Of a DNA stretch of 38,047 bases, positions 24,354-36,171 are shown piece by piece. Every line of letters begins with the position of its first letter. The stretch's first letter is position 1. Location of the stretch: assembly GCF_000143415.4 (NCBI RefSeq), contig NW_003314372.1:528567-566613 (forward strand), written 5' to 3'. Source of the stretch: Selaginella moellendorffii. Lineage: Eukaryota; Plantae; Lycopodiophyta. Below the pieces are notes generated by a model, which saw nothing but the letters and a program-made list of their open reading frames with translations, was not told the origin of the DNA and searched no databases. The position numbers were made by a program, and so were the translations under genes.

Positions 24354-27300
24354 TTAATTGAATTTTGCATAAGTACATAAGGTTCTGCCTTGCAGAAATT
24401 CCTCCACTAGATCTCGTGCGTTCGCTAGGTTCTCCTCCGGTTCCCATGTTGCTTCGCAGTGTGGAAATCCTTTCCACTTCACATGGAACTCTCTCACCTC
24501 GCGTCCTTGTCGCTTGCTCTTGCGCGCATTGAGAATGGCCTCGACTTCGTATTCCTCTTCCCCTTGGATAACCTCAGGTAAAGGTCTCACTTGGTCCTTG
24601 CGAAGCGGATCCTCAAAGTACGGCTTGAGTAAGTTCACGTGGAACACTGGGTGCATCTTCCCCATCTCTCGAGGAAGTCGGAGTCGGTAAGCCACTTTAC
24701 CGATTCGTGCCTCAATTTCATAAGGCCCCGCGAACCTGCTTAAGGAACTCAAGATCAATTCATTTACAGGAATACATGCGTCTTTACCTTTGGGTCAACT
24801 TTCGGCTGATCCAGCTTGGTAGTCTGAGGTTCTTGGTGTTCAGCCACACCTTCTCCCCAGCTTGGAACTCCACATCCCGACGCTTTTGGTTCGCGTACTT
24901 AGTTTGCCTTTGTTGAGCCCGTTCCAAGGAATCCCTCACTAGATTCCAAATGTTGAGTCTTTCCGCCGTGAATGCCTCCACTGCGGGTAACTCTCCATGA
25001 TACTCGGCCACGCCGAGTTCCACAGGACCTTCAATAGCTCGCCCATTGATGACTTCCCATGGACTCACCCCGATGCTTGAGTGTGGTGAGTTGTTATAAC
25101 ACATTTCCGCAAGTCCCAAATGACTTACCCAGTCGGTCTGGTCTCCCGAGACATAGCATCGCAAATAATCCTCCAGCTGCCTATTCACCCTTTCCGTTTG
25201 TCCGTCTGTCAAGAAGTGTTAGTGCCATCAATCTTGACTTAATACCCATTACCTGTCTGTGGGTGATAGGCTGTGCTGAATTTCAATTTGGTGCGATACT
25301 GTTCTAGGAGTGTCCTCCAGAACCTACTAGTGAAGATCTTATCTCGATCTGAGATAATCTCTTCCGGCCTTCCCCGCACTCGAACCACTTGTTCAAAGAA
25401 CAGCTTCGCCACACCTTCCGCATCCACGTCCGTCGTGGTGGGTATGAAATGTGCCATCTTTGAAAATCGGTCCACCACCACGAATATCGCATCGAACCCC
25501 TCGCTTGGGGGTAGTCCCGTGATGAAGTCCATCGTAAGACATTTCCACGGGCGATCTGGAATTGGGATGCTTTGCAACAAGCCCCCACTAGCCTTAGTCA
25601 CGGCTTTGACCTGCTGACATGTTGGACATGTCTTTACATAGTCTTGGACGTCCTTAGCCATATCTGGCCAATGGTACTTCCTCTTGAGTAAGCCCATCGT
25701 CTTGGGCACTCCGCCGTGTCCCGCAAGAGGTCCGTCATGACACTCTTCTAAGGCCACCTTCCTTAGTTCCCCTTCTGGAACATACACCCTCGTTTGCTTG
25801 TAATAAATGAGTCCGTTGCGTTCCGCATAGCCTGTTTTCTCTTCCGTTGGCAGCTCACCTCTCTGGTGAGCTTCCCGCGCCTCTAGATTCCTCAGCAACA
25901 CTTCTTGTGCTAGACCATCGTTCTCATATGCTGTCCGCACATCGTCCCAGAAGGTTGCTGTTGCGCTGGATATTGCCAACTTCAAGCTCGCTTTTCGACT
26001 TAGCGCATCCACCACGATGTTGCTCTTCCCAGGCTTGTACAGAATTTCGCAATCAAACTCGGCCAAGGCATTGGCCCACCGACCTTGTTTCCCTCTTAGG
26101 TCGGGCTGTGACAAAAAGTGTTTCGTTGCCACATTGTCCGTGTAAACCTTGAAGTGTCTCCCAAGGTAGTGTCGCCACTCCTTGAGTGCCTTGACCACCG
26201 CAAACAATTCCTTCTCATGGGCAGGCCACTTCCGTTGAGCCTTGTCCAGCTTCTTCGAGAAGAACGCTACCGGATGGTTGTCTTGCTTCAGAACTGCGCC
26301 CAACGCAAAGTCTGAAGCATCCGTTTCTACCTCAAAGTCCTTACCAAAGTCTGGCAATGCCAATACGGGAGCCTTCCTCAACTTCCCTTTGAGGTGGACG
26401 AATGCCGCCTCGCATTCTGCTGTCCATACCATCTTCCCTTTTCCTGTTTGGTCCGTTAAGGGTAGGGCTACTCTCGAATAGTGTCTGATAAACTTTCGAT
26501 AGTAGTTGCATAGCCCCAGGAACGCCCTCAACTCATGTACATTCGATGGTCGCTCCCATTCCTGGATCGCTTGGACCTTCTCCGGGTCCACCTTGAGCCC
26601 GTCCTGGCCCACCACATGCCCGAGAAACTTTACCTCTTGTTGAGCAAAGTCACATTTGCTCTCTTTAGCATATAGCTTGTGTTCCCTTAGTTTCTCAAAC
26701 ACCTTCGCCAAGTGTTCGGCATGCTCTTCTAGCGTCTCGCTATAGATCAGGATGTCGTCGATATAGACGACCACGAAGTGATCCAGATAGGGTACAAAGA
26801 CGTGGTTCATTAGCGCCGAAAACGTTGCCGGCGCATTACATAGCCCGAAGGGCATCACCAGAAACTCAAAGCTCCCATACCTCGTTCGACAGGTTGTCTT
26901 CTCGACATCTTCCTCGGCTACCCTGATCTGGTAGTATCCTGACCTTAGGTCAATCCTCGAGAAGTATTTTGCCTTTCCCAACCTATCGAACAGGTCCTCA
27001 ATCCTTGGCAAAGGGTACTTGTTCTTCTTTGTATACTTGTTGAGCAAGCGGTAGTCTATGCACATGTGCATAGATCCATCTTTCTTTTTCACAAATAACA
27101 CCGGCGCCCCATACGGCGACTTGCTCAACCTAACATACCCTTTGTCCACCAACTCCTCTAGTTGGCACTTGAGCTCCTTGAGTTCTTTTTCGTTCAAACG
27201 ATAAGGGGGACGAACCACTGCCTCAGCACCCTCGACCAGCTCAATCTTATGTTCTATCGGTCGTGCTGGGGGCAGCCCCGCCGGTAGCTCCTCCGGCATG

Positions 27301-29126
27301 GTATCCTGGAATTGGTCCAACACCCGCTGGATCACTAAAGGCACTTCTTCCGTTCTTGTCTTTTTGTCACTCTTCACCGAGAGTAAGCACAAAAAGGTTG
27401 CCTTAGTTCCTTTAGTGAGTTGTCCTCTCGTGGACACCAGGTTTAAGCAGGATTCTTTGGCCTTGCTTTGCCCTACCTTTAGATCCTGGGCTTCCACCCT
27501 AGATCTTCTTCCTTGGGCATTCGCCAGTACCACAAGGTTCCTACCTTGTCCATGTAGGGCTACCACGAACCGATTGAACCAATCCATTCCGAAGATCACG
27601 TCAAATCCCGCCATGTCCAACACGGTGAAATCCATGTCTACCTTCCATGTCCCTACTTCGACTTTCGCTTGTCGAAGTACCTCATCGGTGCTTTGGCTAC
27701 CTTGAACAAACTCTATAGTCCTTGGTTCGCCTAGCCGCTGCACCGTTAGTCCGGCTTGCCGGACTATGTCTGCAGCCACAAAATTATCCGAAGCACCCGT
27801 GTCAATAAGGATCTTAACAAAGCTACCTCCGAGCTTCCCTCGGAGGGCTAGTAGATGTCGCGAACGACTCTCTACCAAAGTTGCTCGTGTAATGAGTAAC
27901 TTTGAGTTAGGGACTGGATCACATACCTCATTTTGGACTTCGCCCGACTTGATGGCCATATTGGCTCTGGCCTTCTTCGGGTAGGGACATTCCCTCGAAA
28001 AGTGTCCCGCTTCACCGCAGTTATAGCATACGTTGTTTCCCACGCTGCTATATGACTTGACCTTCTTATCCGTGGGTTTGTCTCTTTTCGCTTGACTCCC
28101 CCACGTACTTGCTCGCTAGCCACCAGATTTGCCTTTCCAAAATCCCGAGGACTCATTTTTAGAGAAACTCTTCTTGAATTTCCCCCTGCTATATGTTCCC
28201 CTCGGTTTGGCCCCTTTGTGAAACGTGGATCCCGACCCCGTCGTGTTCCCCTTTCGCAGGTTATCGTTGAAATGCACCTTGATGGCCGCATCCAACGCTT
28301 CCTTGTAGTTGGTCGGGTTCCAGCGCATCACCTCCCCGCGAGCCCAGGTTTGCAAACCTGATATAAAGGCATGGAACGCATCCATATCCCCCATGTCCGT
28401 GACAAGTATCCTCTTTTCCATGAACCCATTCACATATTCCTGGATGGTTCCAGTCTGCTTCAGCCTACTCAGCTCATCTCTCAGATGCAGAGTGGCATTC
28501 GGAGGAACGTATGTCGCGCAGATCCTCGCCTTCATCATGTCCCAGGTGGCCACCGGTCCTTCGTTGGCCTCCGTTGTTCTCCACCAAGACTTGGCATTAT
28601 CTGCCAAGTATGGTTTTGCACATGGGACCTTCTCCGAGCTCGGTAACCGTAACGCTCGGAAGTAGTCCTCCATATCGTAAAACCAATCCTCCACAACCTT
28701 ATAGTCGTTCACTCCCTTGAACACCGGTGGGGGCTTTGGTTTGTACTTGGGAACTGCCTGAGGGACTGATTCCACTTCAGTCTGTTCGACCTTGTCTGGT
28801 TTTGCCTCAGTCCCTGCCGAAGGGTCCGCACCTTCTGCGCTGCCAGCATCCGCAATCTTTCGCCTTTTCTTCCGTTTCTCGTCACGCTTTAGCTTGCGTA
28901 CGAGAGTCTCCAGCAGGGCATTGGTCTGCGCCAATTGACCTTCTAGAACGTCCAATCAAGCCTTGGACGACCGAACCTCGCCACCGGACTCCTGTTTGGA
29001 AGTTTCCTCACTAGAGTCCTCCTCATGCAAGGATTCCTCATCCATAGCCTCTTGTTCGACCGGAGGCTCCAGCTCTGGCGGAGGTTCTGTCTCCGCCTGG
29101 GTTCGCTTACGCCCTGCCCTTGCCAT
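24354..29126 (-). CDS. gag-pol: Gag-Pol polyprotein (gag, CCHC knuckle, protease, RT, RNase H, integrase, chromodomain); two premature stops and two putative introns
   Basis: ATG 29126 MARAGRKR.. is in frame through TGA 28956-28958 and TAG 28116-28118. [14 protein letters not shown]; LIDTGA; YIDDILI; ETDASDFA; H..H..C..C; [18 protein letters not shown]|DGQTERVN; KLTQR|FAGPY; [22 protein letters not shown]. Confidence 0.95.
24736..24787 (-). other. Putative 52-nt GT-AG intron in the integrase GPY/F module
   Basis: CAAAG|GTAAAG...TTCCTTAAGCAG|GTTC; removal restores KLTQRFAGPY. Confidence 0.85.
25206..25252 (-). other. Putative 47-nt GT-AG intron in the integrase core
   Basis: ACAG|GTAATG...CACTAAC..TTCTTGACAG|ACGGA; removal restores HPQTDGQTE. 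Confidence 0.85.
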
Positions 29127-29170
29127 CTCCCAGCAATCCGCCTCTATCCTTCGCTAGAACTGAGGAGAAG

Positions 29171-29182
29171 GCTCCGATACCA
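29171..29182 (-). promoter_or_regulatory. Primer-binding site, tRNA-iMet type
   Basis: Minus strand TGGTATCGGAGC 3 nt after the 5' LTR (canonical TGGTATCAGAGC). Confidence 0.85.
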
Positions 29183-29185
29183 AAT

Positions 29186-29842
29186 TGTAAGCCACAAATT
29201 TTTCCTTTCCACTTTGCCAGCTTACCTCGCCTATCCGTCCAACACTGCCTTGGCTTTTGCTAAGTTCCCTCGCCAAGGTTCTCGCCTATGGTACCAGCTC
29301 CTACTTGGTTTCAGCTACTCACTGCACGAGCAACGGAGTGTTAGCCATCCTTCCATGGATTCCCAAATCACTCCCAATCCCCCTCCCCGGGTTAGACTGG
29401 ACTTAAGGTTCGGCTACACTCCCCGCAAGCACAAGCAGCCAAGCACACCAAGCTTCCAGGTTCCTAACATCCCTTGGTACCACAAGACTTGATCATGGGA
29501 CCCTCTAAATCCCAAGTCTTGAGTGCAACACTTGCTTCGGGATGCCGGGGCGAAACACCGTGGCCTAGCGGCCCGGTATGGGTACCTCTCGCCCCCCACT
29601 TCCATCCCGAAGGAAGGCCCAAGCCCCTAGGAAGGGCGAGGACCAATGTGCCGCATGGTACTCAAGTGGGGCACCACTCCACATGAGCCGGGAGCACCGC
29701 AATCGGTTTCCCTTTCGGGAGTGGGAGCTGCTCTTGAGCACTTCCTTGGATGGCCCCTCCGACACCAGCCAAGTCCATGCTCACTCCCACCCAAGGCCCC
29801 TCGGTCCCAGTCCCAACCTCAAGTCGGTTTGGAAGCCCAACT
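29186..29842 (-). repeat. 5' LTR, truncated (657 of 1148 bp)
   Basis: Matches 22803-23459 with no visible difference, then switches to MULE sequence at CCAACT. Confidence 0.93.
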
Positions 29843-32800
29843 TTCCCTAGAATTGGCCGGACAAAGTCAGTGACTACTGAACTTGAGGAAAAATGGGATC
29901 CTATATGCCTGCAAAAGTCTCGTGAGTTTGATGGATTCTTAAGACAACATGTGGAGACAGCAGGGTTCATTGGAAAGCTCTTTTGGGTGATCGATGGAAA
30001 CTATAGGTGGCTGGCATTTTGGAAATGCATTCAAGAGAAGTTCCGAGATGACAAAGAACGACACATTAGTGTTCTAGTCACACTTGTCGAACCAATGACT
30101 CAGGAGCACACTGTGAAGCTCAACATGGCATGCCATAAGATCAACATGTAAGAATTTATTTTTTGTAAACTTAGCTAATATCATGTTTTTGCAGGCTAAA
30201 CCAATTTGCGTTTCAAGCTTATACATTGGTACATGACATTGAGCACCTTTGGTTTATCGGCATGCTCTCGCTAAAGGAGGTCCAAACATTGTACAATCGT
30301 GAGGTATTTGAAGCAATTTGAGTGAAGCTAGCAGCTAGGAAAGGCCAAGAATTGTAGACTTGGTACCAACTGCCACTTGATTTTCTAGTTGCTGTCTGGG
30401 CGAAGGTAAATTAGTATTGAAGTATGTATCGACTTACATAATGTTTCTTGCAGCCCATAATCAAAGGAGAAAGAGCATCATTCTTTAAAAATGCCCGAGG
30501 AGACGAGCAGCAGAAGGAGATGGAGTGGCATGCAATTGAGCAGCGAATTTTGAATACAAAGAGAACAAAGGTGAAAAAGTTGCTCTCGATTGCAGACATA
30601 CGACGCGGGCAGGAATGACTTGATAGCATTGCCGAGATTTGTTCTCGCGTTCGTAAGTTCTTATAAAATTTGTGAAACATTTCATAATTCCTTATGTGTG
30701 TAGGAACTAGTAAAGCACCGGAGGAACTCATTTACAACATCTTGAAGAGTAAAATGTCCTTTGTTGAACAAAGTGTCTACTTGGAACTTCTCATTTGTGC
30801 TTGTCTTGCGGAGCTAGGGAATGGTAGGCTTCCACGTGGTGGGACGAGTTCGGCTGAGTTCAAGAACCAACCAGGACAACCATTTCTTGCGAGGCGCATG
30901 GTTTACAGGTATTTTTTCAATTCTCATTTATATATTGGTATTTATATTTTTGTTTTACTTTGTAGATATTTAAAATATTGCCCTGGCGCACCGGTATACA
31001 CAACCAGTGTTTTGCAAAAGCTCCTAACTAGAGGCAAGAAGCTTGGGATGTATGAGCCAGAGTTCTACTATCCTTGTACACATGAGAGGGAGCTATGCCC
31101 AGGTACCTTGAACTCGTGGAGCAGATGTCAACATCGGACTTCGAGCTAGATCTCTACCTTGAATGTCATCCAGGTTCACTTGAAACTCAGCACTTAGCTA
31201 GGAAATATTAACCTTGAGTTATATTCTTATTTTCTAGAGGCTCTTTCTGACTGTGATAACGACGTTGTTGAAGTTCAACAACTAAACCTAGGAGTCAACA
31301 CTCAGGAAACCATTCAGGAGATGCCAAATCCAAATACCGTTGAACCAGAGGAAACTGTACAGGAAATTCCAGCACAAGAGATTCCAGTACCTGCTCCTCG
31401 CAACCCCCGAAGGGGCCATCATGAAGCCTTTCATGAGAGTAAAGACTTTGATTTGGAACATTCTTTTATTCATTCTTGACTTCAATTTTATTTTTATAGA
31501 TGTTGCAGAGAGTAGCCATCAGTCTTTTCGGCGGACTAAGACATTCTTCCCATCCCTCCCTACGGCTACAAATGATGACCTAGAAGAGCTCTCCTCTGCA
31601 GCGATGCATAAACAGGTTAGTAAGCATGAATTTTATCTTCAAGTTCTAATAGTTGATTTTCAGGTTCGCCCTCTATCCCCAACGGCCAGGGTTGGGGAAG
31701 TTGCTGTTCTCATTGGGGATTACACACAGCTTTTAGATGCTACTAGTCGGGAGCTCTACATGCTTGATCGGTGGATCCATGGTTTGGGTCAGCTCACACC
31801 TTATGGGAAGATTGATTTCATCTTTTTCAATCTTCCCGATGGGATGCCACCACCGCAGGGGGATACTCCGTCATGGAATGTGTTGTAGGCCCAACACATT
31901 TTCCAAGCCTTAAAGGTTGCGAGCAGCTTCATGACATACGAGGGTGTGGTTGTCATGATCCTTCCTCGCTCTCTAATGTGGGAAGGCCTTCTCGCACACT
32001 TGGCTGACAATGATGATGGATTTGTTGAGTTTTCATCTGGCTGCCTTCTTTCGAGTATGGCAGTGGACACATAAGGCACTAGCAGGCAGATGCGAAAGGT
32101 GTGTGACTTCTTTATTTATAAATTAACTCTATTCCATTTTTTTTTCCAGATTTATTCCTGGAACTACCATGCTCTATGCCACATTGGGAACCGGCGTAAT
32201 GCCACACGAGCTGACGAGCATGCTGCTCTTGCTTTACCAGGATATGACAGCTCTACAGACATCATCCCAAATGTGATTGACTCGGACGTTCTTCACCCAG
32301 CGTTCCCTAGTTATCGACATCGTTCGGTCACGGCTATGCAAATCTTGTTGGAGTTATTCTGTCCACCAAAGGGGATTGTGCTTGATGCTACAGCAGGATT
32401 TGGATCAATGGTGCAGGCAGCAAAAGAGACAGGCCGAGCAGTTTTTGCACTTGAGAAGGAGGGTGCTTTTGAGGACATTCTTAGGAGATTTTGCGACAGG
32501 TGATGTTAGTGCTTGAAATAATCTATAATATTTATTCTCAAATGTTTGTATTTTATTAGGTCTACACTTATCACACACAGTGTTTCAATCCACACGCTTG
32601 ATCTTGATGATATGGATGATCATATGGACTGAAGTCAATTCCACTTACCTATTTATGCTGAACGTATGGCACAACATTACATACAACACGAGCCTATAGT
32701 GAAGGAGCATTCCACTATACCCATTTCTACCTTTCTGGATATGGAAGCAGAAGAAGATTGAATATATTCTGATTTTAATATAAATTATATTGTTTAATAT

Positions 32801-33389
32801 ATTATTTTCTTTTTTTGTAGACTAAAAGATTAGTTCGTGTCCAACCAATAATCTACATGAGCTTATGGAATACCTTAAACACCTAGATTTTATGTTAAAA
32901 ATTCTTGGTTCGGGACGAACTAAGGTAGTGCCATTAAACTTTCGCTAGTTAGGGGATTGTATTGACTTCCTTTGACTTTTGTTGACTTTCATTGACTTGA
33001 GCTCAGCTCAAAAACTACCCAACCCCCCTGCAAGCCCGACCTCTAAGTCCTATGGTCCTCTAGGACTCCCTCACCATGTGACCGTATCTTTAGTCACTAC
33101 ACTAGAGAATTGTTCCTCTTTCTTTCCACAGTTTGGGAATTTAGGACAACTTTTCAAAACACTATGGCCCTACACGACCCTCATGGGTACTCTCCCCACC
33201 TTCCGCTTTTGGGTGCTCTAGCCATGGGCTTAGAGTGAGGTTCCGTTGAGCGATGCCAGATATCTAAGTAAGTAGTGCCACCCACACTTGGATTGGGAAT
33301 ATCGACCATTCGATCTCCTAGAGGAACTAGAGTCGGCTCTTGAACACTTCACCAAACTTCCTTGCTTGTCTACCCATATTCACTCACTA

Positions 33390-35819
33390 CAGATCATAGT
33401 TTAGAAATCTAATTCCTTTGAACTACCAAGTGATAAGTCTGTGATCATGCATGGACTCCTCCATGCTTGGCCCTATGGGCCACTCCTTTTGAGGCTAACA
33501 CCTTCAAATAAAATCTTTGTTCCCCTAACTTGCCAATCTTGTTTAGCAAATCACTTGACTAATATAACATAGTTTTATGCATAAGCGTGAAAGTTGTTAA
33601 CCATCAACTTTCATTCAAAGCCATCTTTTTGAACATCCAGGAACTACTTCCCCAAACTTGATACCTTCGCTTCATAGCAAGCTTCAAAGCTACACTTCTA
33701 TTGTGCCACTTTAATTTTGCATGTTCCAATGAATCTTTTATACTTGTCTTTATAAATACTAACCTACCTAGAATTAGCTTTGGGAACCTTGAAGGGACTC
33801 TATCCCTTAGCTTGTTAAGGGCTCTCATTTTGCAAGCCTTTTTATTGCTATATCGTCTAATATGGACAATTCTATACTTTATACTTTCTATAGCATCACA
33901 GTTACTAATAGTAACACCTTTGAGCACCTACTTAATTCTCCATTCCCAATTTGCATAACCACCCTTGGTTATACCCTTCAATTTTTACAATTTGGTTCTA
34001 TCCCTTTACTATTTGCTTTTGGCCTTACATGTTCTCTTTAGTTATTCTCCTCCTAATTAGGAGGTTAGCTTTGCCCTTTTTACCATACAATAGCAAGTAT
34101 TTTCAAGGATGAACTTACTCAATAGGAGTGGTTCTTCAATCCAGATATGCTCATTATATAAACCCACACACTAGGATTAACGTCACTATGCATAGACCTT
34201 TTTATGCCAATACTAGCTATACCAAAATCCTTTTGGCTTTATCCACTTTGGATAGTCGAACTTATCTTGTCTTTAGCTTTTGTCAATCTTGGATATTGGA
34301 TAGCACCTTTTATCCATTCTTTTTTAGAGACTTCATCTTATCTAATGCCCTTATAATACCAAAACACCACCCCTTTGGTGTTTTTAAAGTGCTTATATAT
34401 TTTTGTGATAGACTTTGCCAGTAATGAGCCTTTCCTATTGATACTAACTCATTATATCATAACATAAGCACATCCCTTAAAGGATGTATCTAACCTCCTT
34501 CTTATCTAACCAAGAAGCCTTTAGAAGTTAGCTCCTACTATTTCAGAAAATCATTCCCAACCTTTGCTTAGTTGCTTCATAAGTATCATGTCTTACAATT
34601 CATTGCTAGTGCTTCCACACCTTCATCAATATTTAGTATACGCATATGAATCTTAGCATATCCAAGGCATGCCAACCCTGATTCCATTAGGGTTCCTTTG
34701 GCAAGGGGTTCTCATGAACCCACCAACTTGACCTCAAGGCATCATCCCTTGGGACACTTGGGGTTTCAACCCCATTCGCTCTATGAGTTTACTCTCACAA
34801 CACTTTCCACTTGTGTCTATGTCTTGCCAAGACCAAAGCAGTCATTTTTTATATCAACTATTGGTTAGCACTGCTTTATAGTGTTCATATACAACTCTGT
34901 GCCAAAGTTGCTTTTTTCGGAAACACTTTTCCCACGACTTTAGTATAGCATATTCTACCATTAATGAAATACCAATTATTCTCATACTTGGATTTCATAA
35001 TCCTCCCTGTCCTTTGTAGGATACAATACACTTTAGTCCAAATGCTTCCACCAATCCTTTAGAACTATTCCTTGACTCCACTTAAGTCATCTAGCTTTTG
35101 AACTTTGCTAATCCAATGACAAGTAAGGTTTTAGTCTCATGACTATTTTTGAGGTGCCAGCTCACTAAAATACTACTTATTGTATTCATGTTCTACTCAC
35201 AAGGACCAATATTTTTCTAACACTTGATTATTCTTTGTTCCATATAAGCTACATTAGCCCTTTAAGACTATCTATCCATATGTTGAGAATACTGACTCAT
35301 CCTCTAAGTATACCCCAAACTCCTTGAGTTGTTCCAGCATTTATTATACGTAGCCCTAACTACAATTTCAAAGACTTGTGTTCTCATCTATAGTTGACCT
35401 CAAACGGTTATTAATTCTAGTCTTAAATTCATTAGCATCAGCCTCAACTATATGAAGATAATATTCTGACTCCTTTATTACTTTGGAATCTCTATCTTTT
35501 TCGTGATCCCAACAATAGTTGTATACCACAACAAAATTAGCCATTTTTCTAAGACAAACACTTACCTAGATCACATCTTTAACTCTCTAAGGAAAACCTT
35601 ATATTATTTTCAAGATCCCAAAGTCATTCACAAATTGCCCCTTATTATCCACCACATTGCTAACATGTTTGTGTATGAACTAAGGTGGAGAGTCATACCC
35701 TCTTGACATGCTACTCCTCGAAGATAGGCCCACTTCTAGAACCTTCTAATGCTAATACAAGTGGTGATATACTTAACCACCAATAAGAGTCTAATTAAAG
35801 AACAACTCTAATACCAAGT
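33390..35819 (-). mobile_element. Highly degenerate LTR-retrotransposon internal region (gag-side) with a degenerate Met PBS
   Basis: Minus-strand TGGTATTAGAG next to the LTR at 35820; gag-like KDWWKHL around 35040-35062; no intact ORF. Confidence 0.5.
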
Positions 35820-36171
35820 TGTAAGCAACTAAATTTTCCATTTTATTTTAGTCACTTAACCACACTTCCAACCACTTGGAAGAGTCTCACTCACAACCTA
35901 TATAAGTCCTATTCCAAACTTGGGGACTTGCTAGCCCCGTGAATAACATTTATGCCAGTTAACCTTTGCACTTGGTCCAAGTGCTCTATGTATCTGATCC
36001 CATGATCAACACCCCAAAGATATTATCAACATATCAGCCTATTACATTAATGCCATGTCCATTTACCTTTGTCTCATTAGTAGTCCTAAACCATTTGTAC
36101 CATAGTCTTATTTCTCAAAGACTAAGCCATCCATCCATGAGTAGTCATTATAGAACCACCCCTTAGCATCC

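Larger units (their letters stand above)
22803..29842 (-). mobile_element. Ty3/Gypsy chromovirus LTR retrotransposon (family A), young, 5' LTR truncated
   Basis: Order gag-PR-RT-RH-INT-chromodomain; two LTR copies, PBS and PPT. Inserted after ...tcatgctgg in MULE gene B. Confidence 0.97.
22610..32761 (+). pseudogene. Cargo gene B, copy 2 (ParB-like + amino-methyltransferase-like), disrupted by the Gypsy insertion
   Basis: ATG 22610; VIDGNYRWLAF with DGNYR from 29993; IDFIFFNLPDG 31811-31843; IVLDATAGFGSMVQAAKETGRAVFALE from 32375 in an open frame; TGA 32759-32761. Confidence 0.78.
19816..33026. mobile_element. MULE DNA transposon, copy 2 (internally deleted, with nested Gypsy)
   Basis: Left end GAGCCCGAGTAGGTTTTGAGCT; right end AGCTCAAAAACTACCCAACCCC. 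9-bp TSD CTTGCAAGC (19807-19815) / CCTGCAAGC (33027-33035), 8/9 match. Collinear with copy 1. Confidence 0.92.

Noticed and set aside
25273-29157. Plus-strand ORFs antisense to gag-pol
   Set aside because: Shadow ORFs of a GC-rich coding strand; no recognisable motifs.
4241-33026. Segmental/tandem duplication as the origin of the two large repeats
   Set aside because: Homology stops exactly at the TIRs and each copy has its own 9-bp TSD and unrelated flanks.
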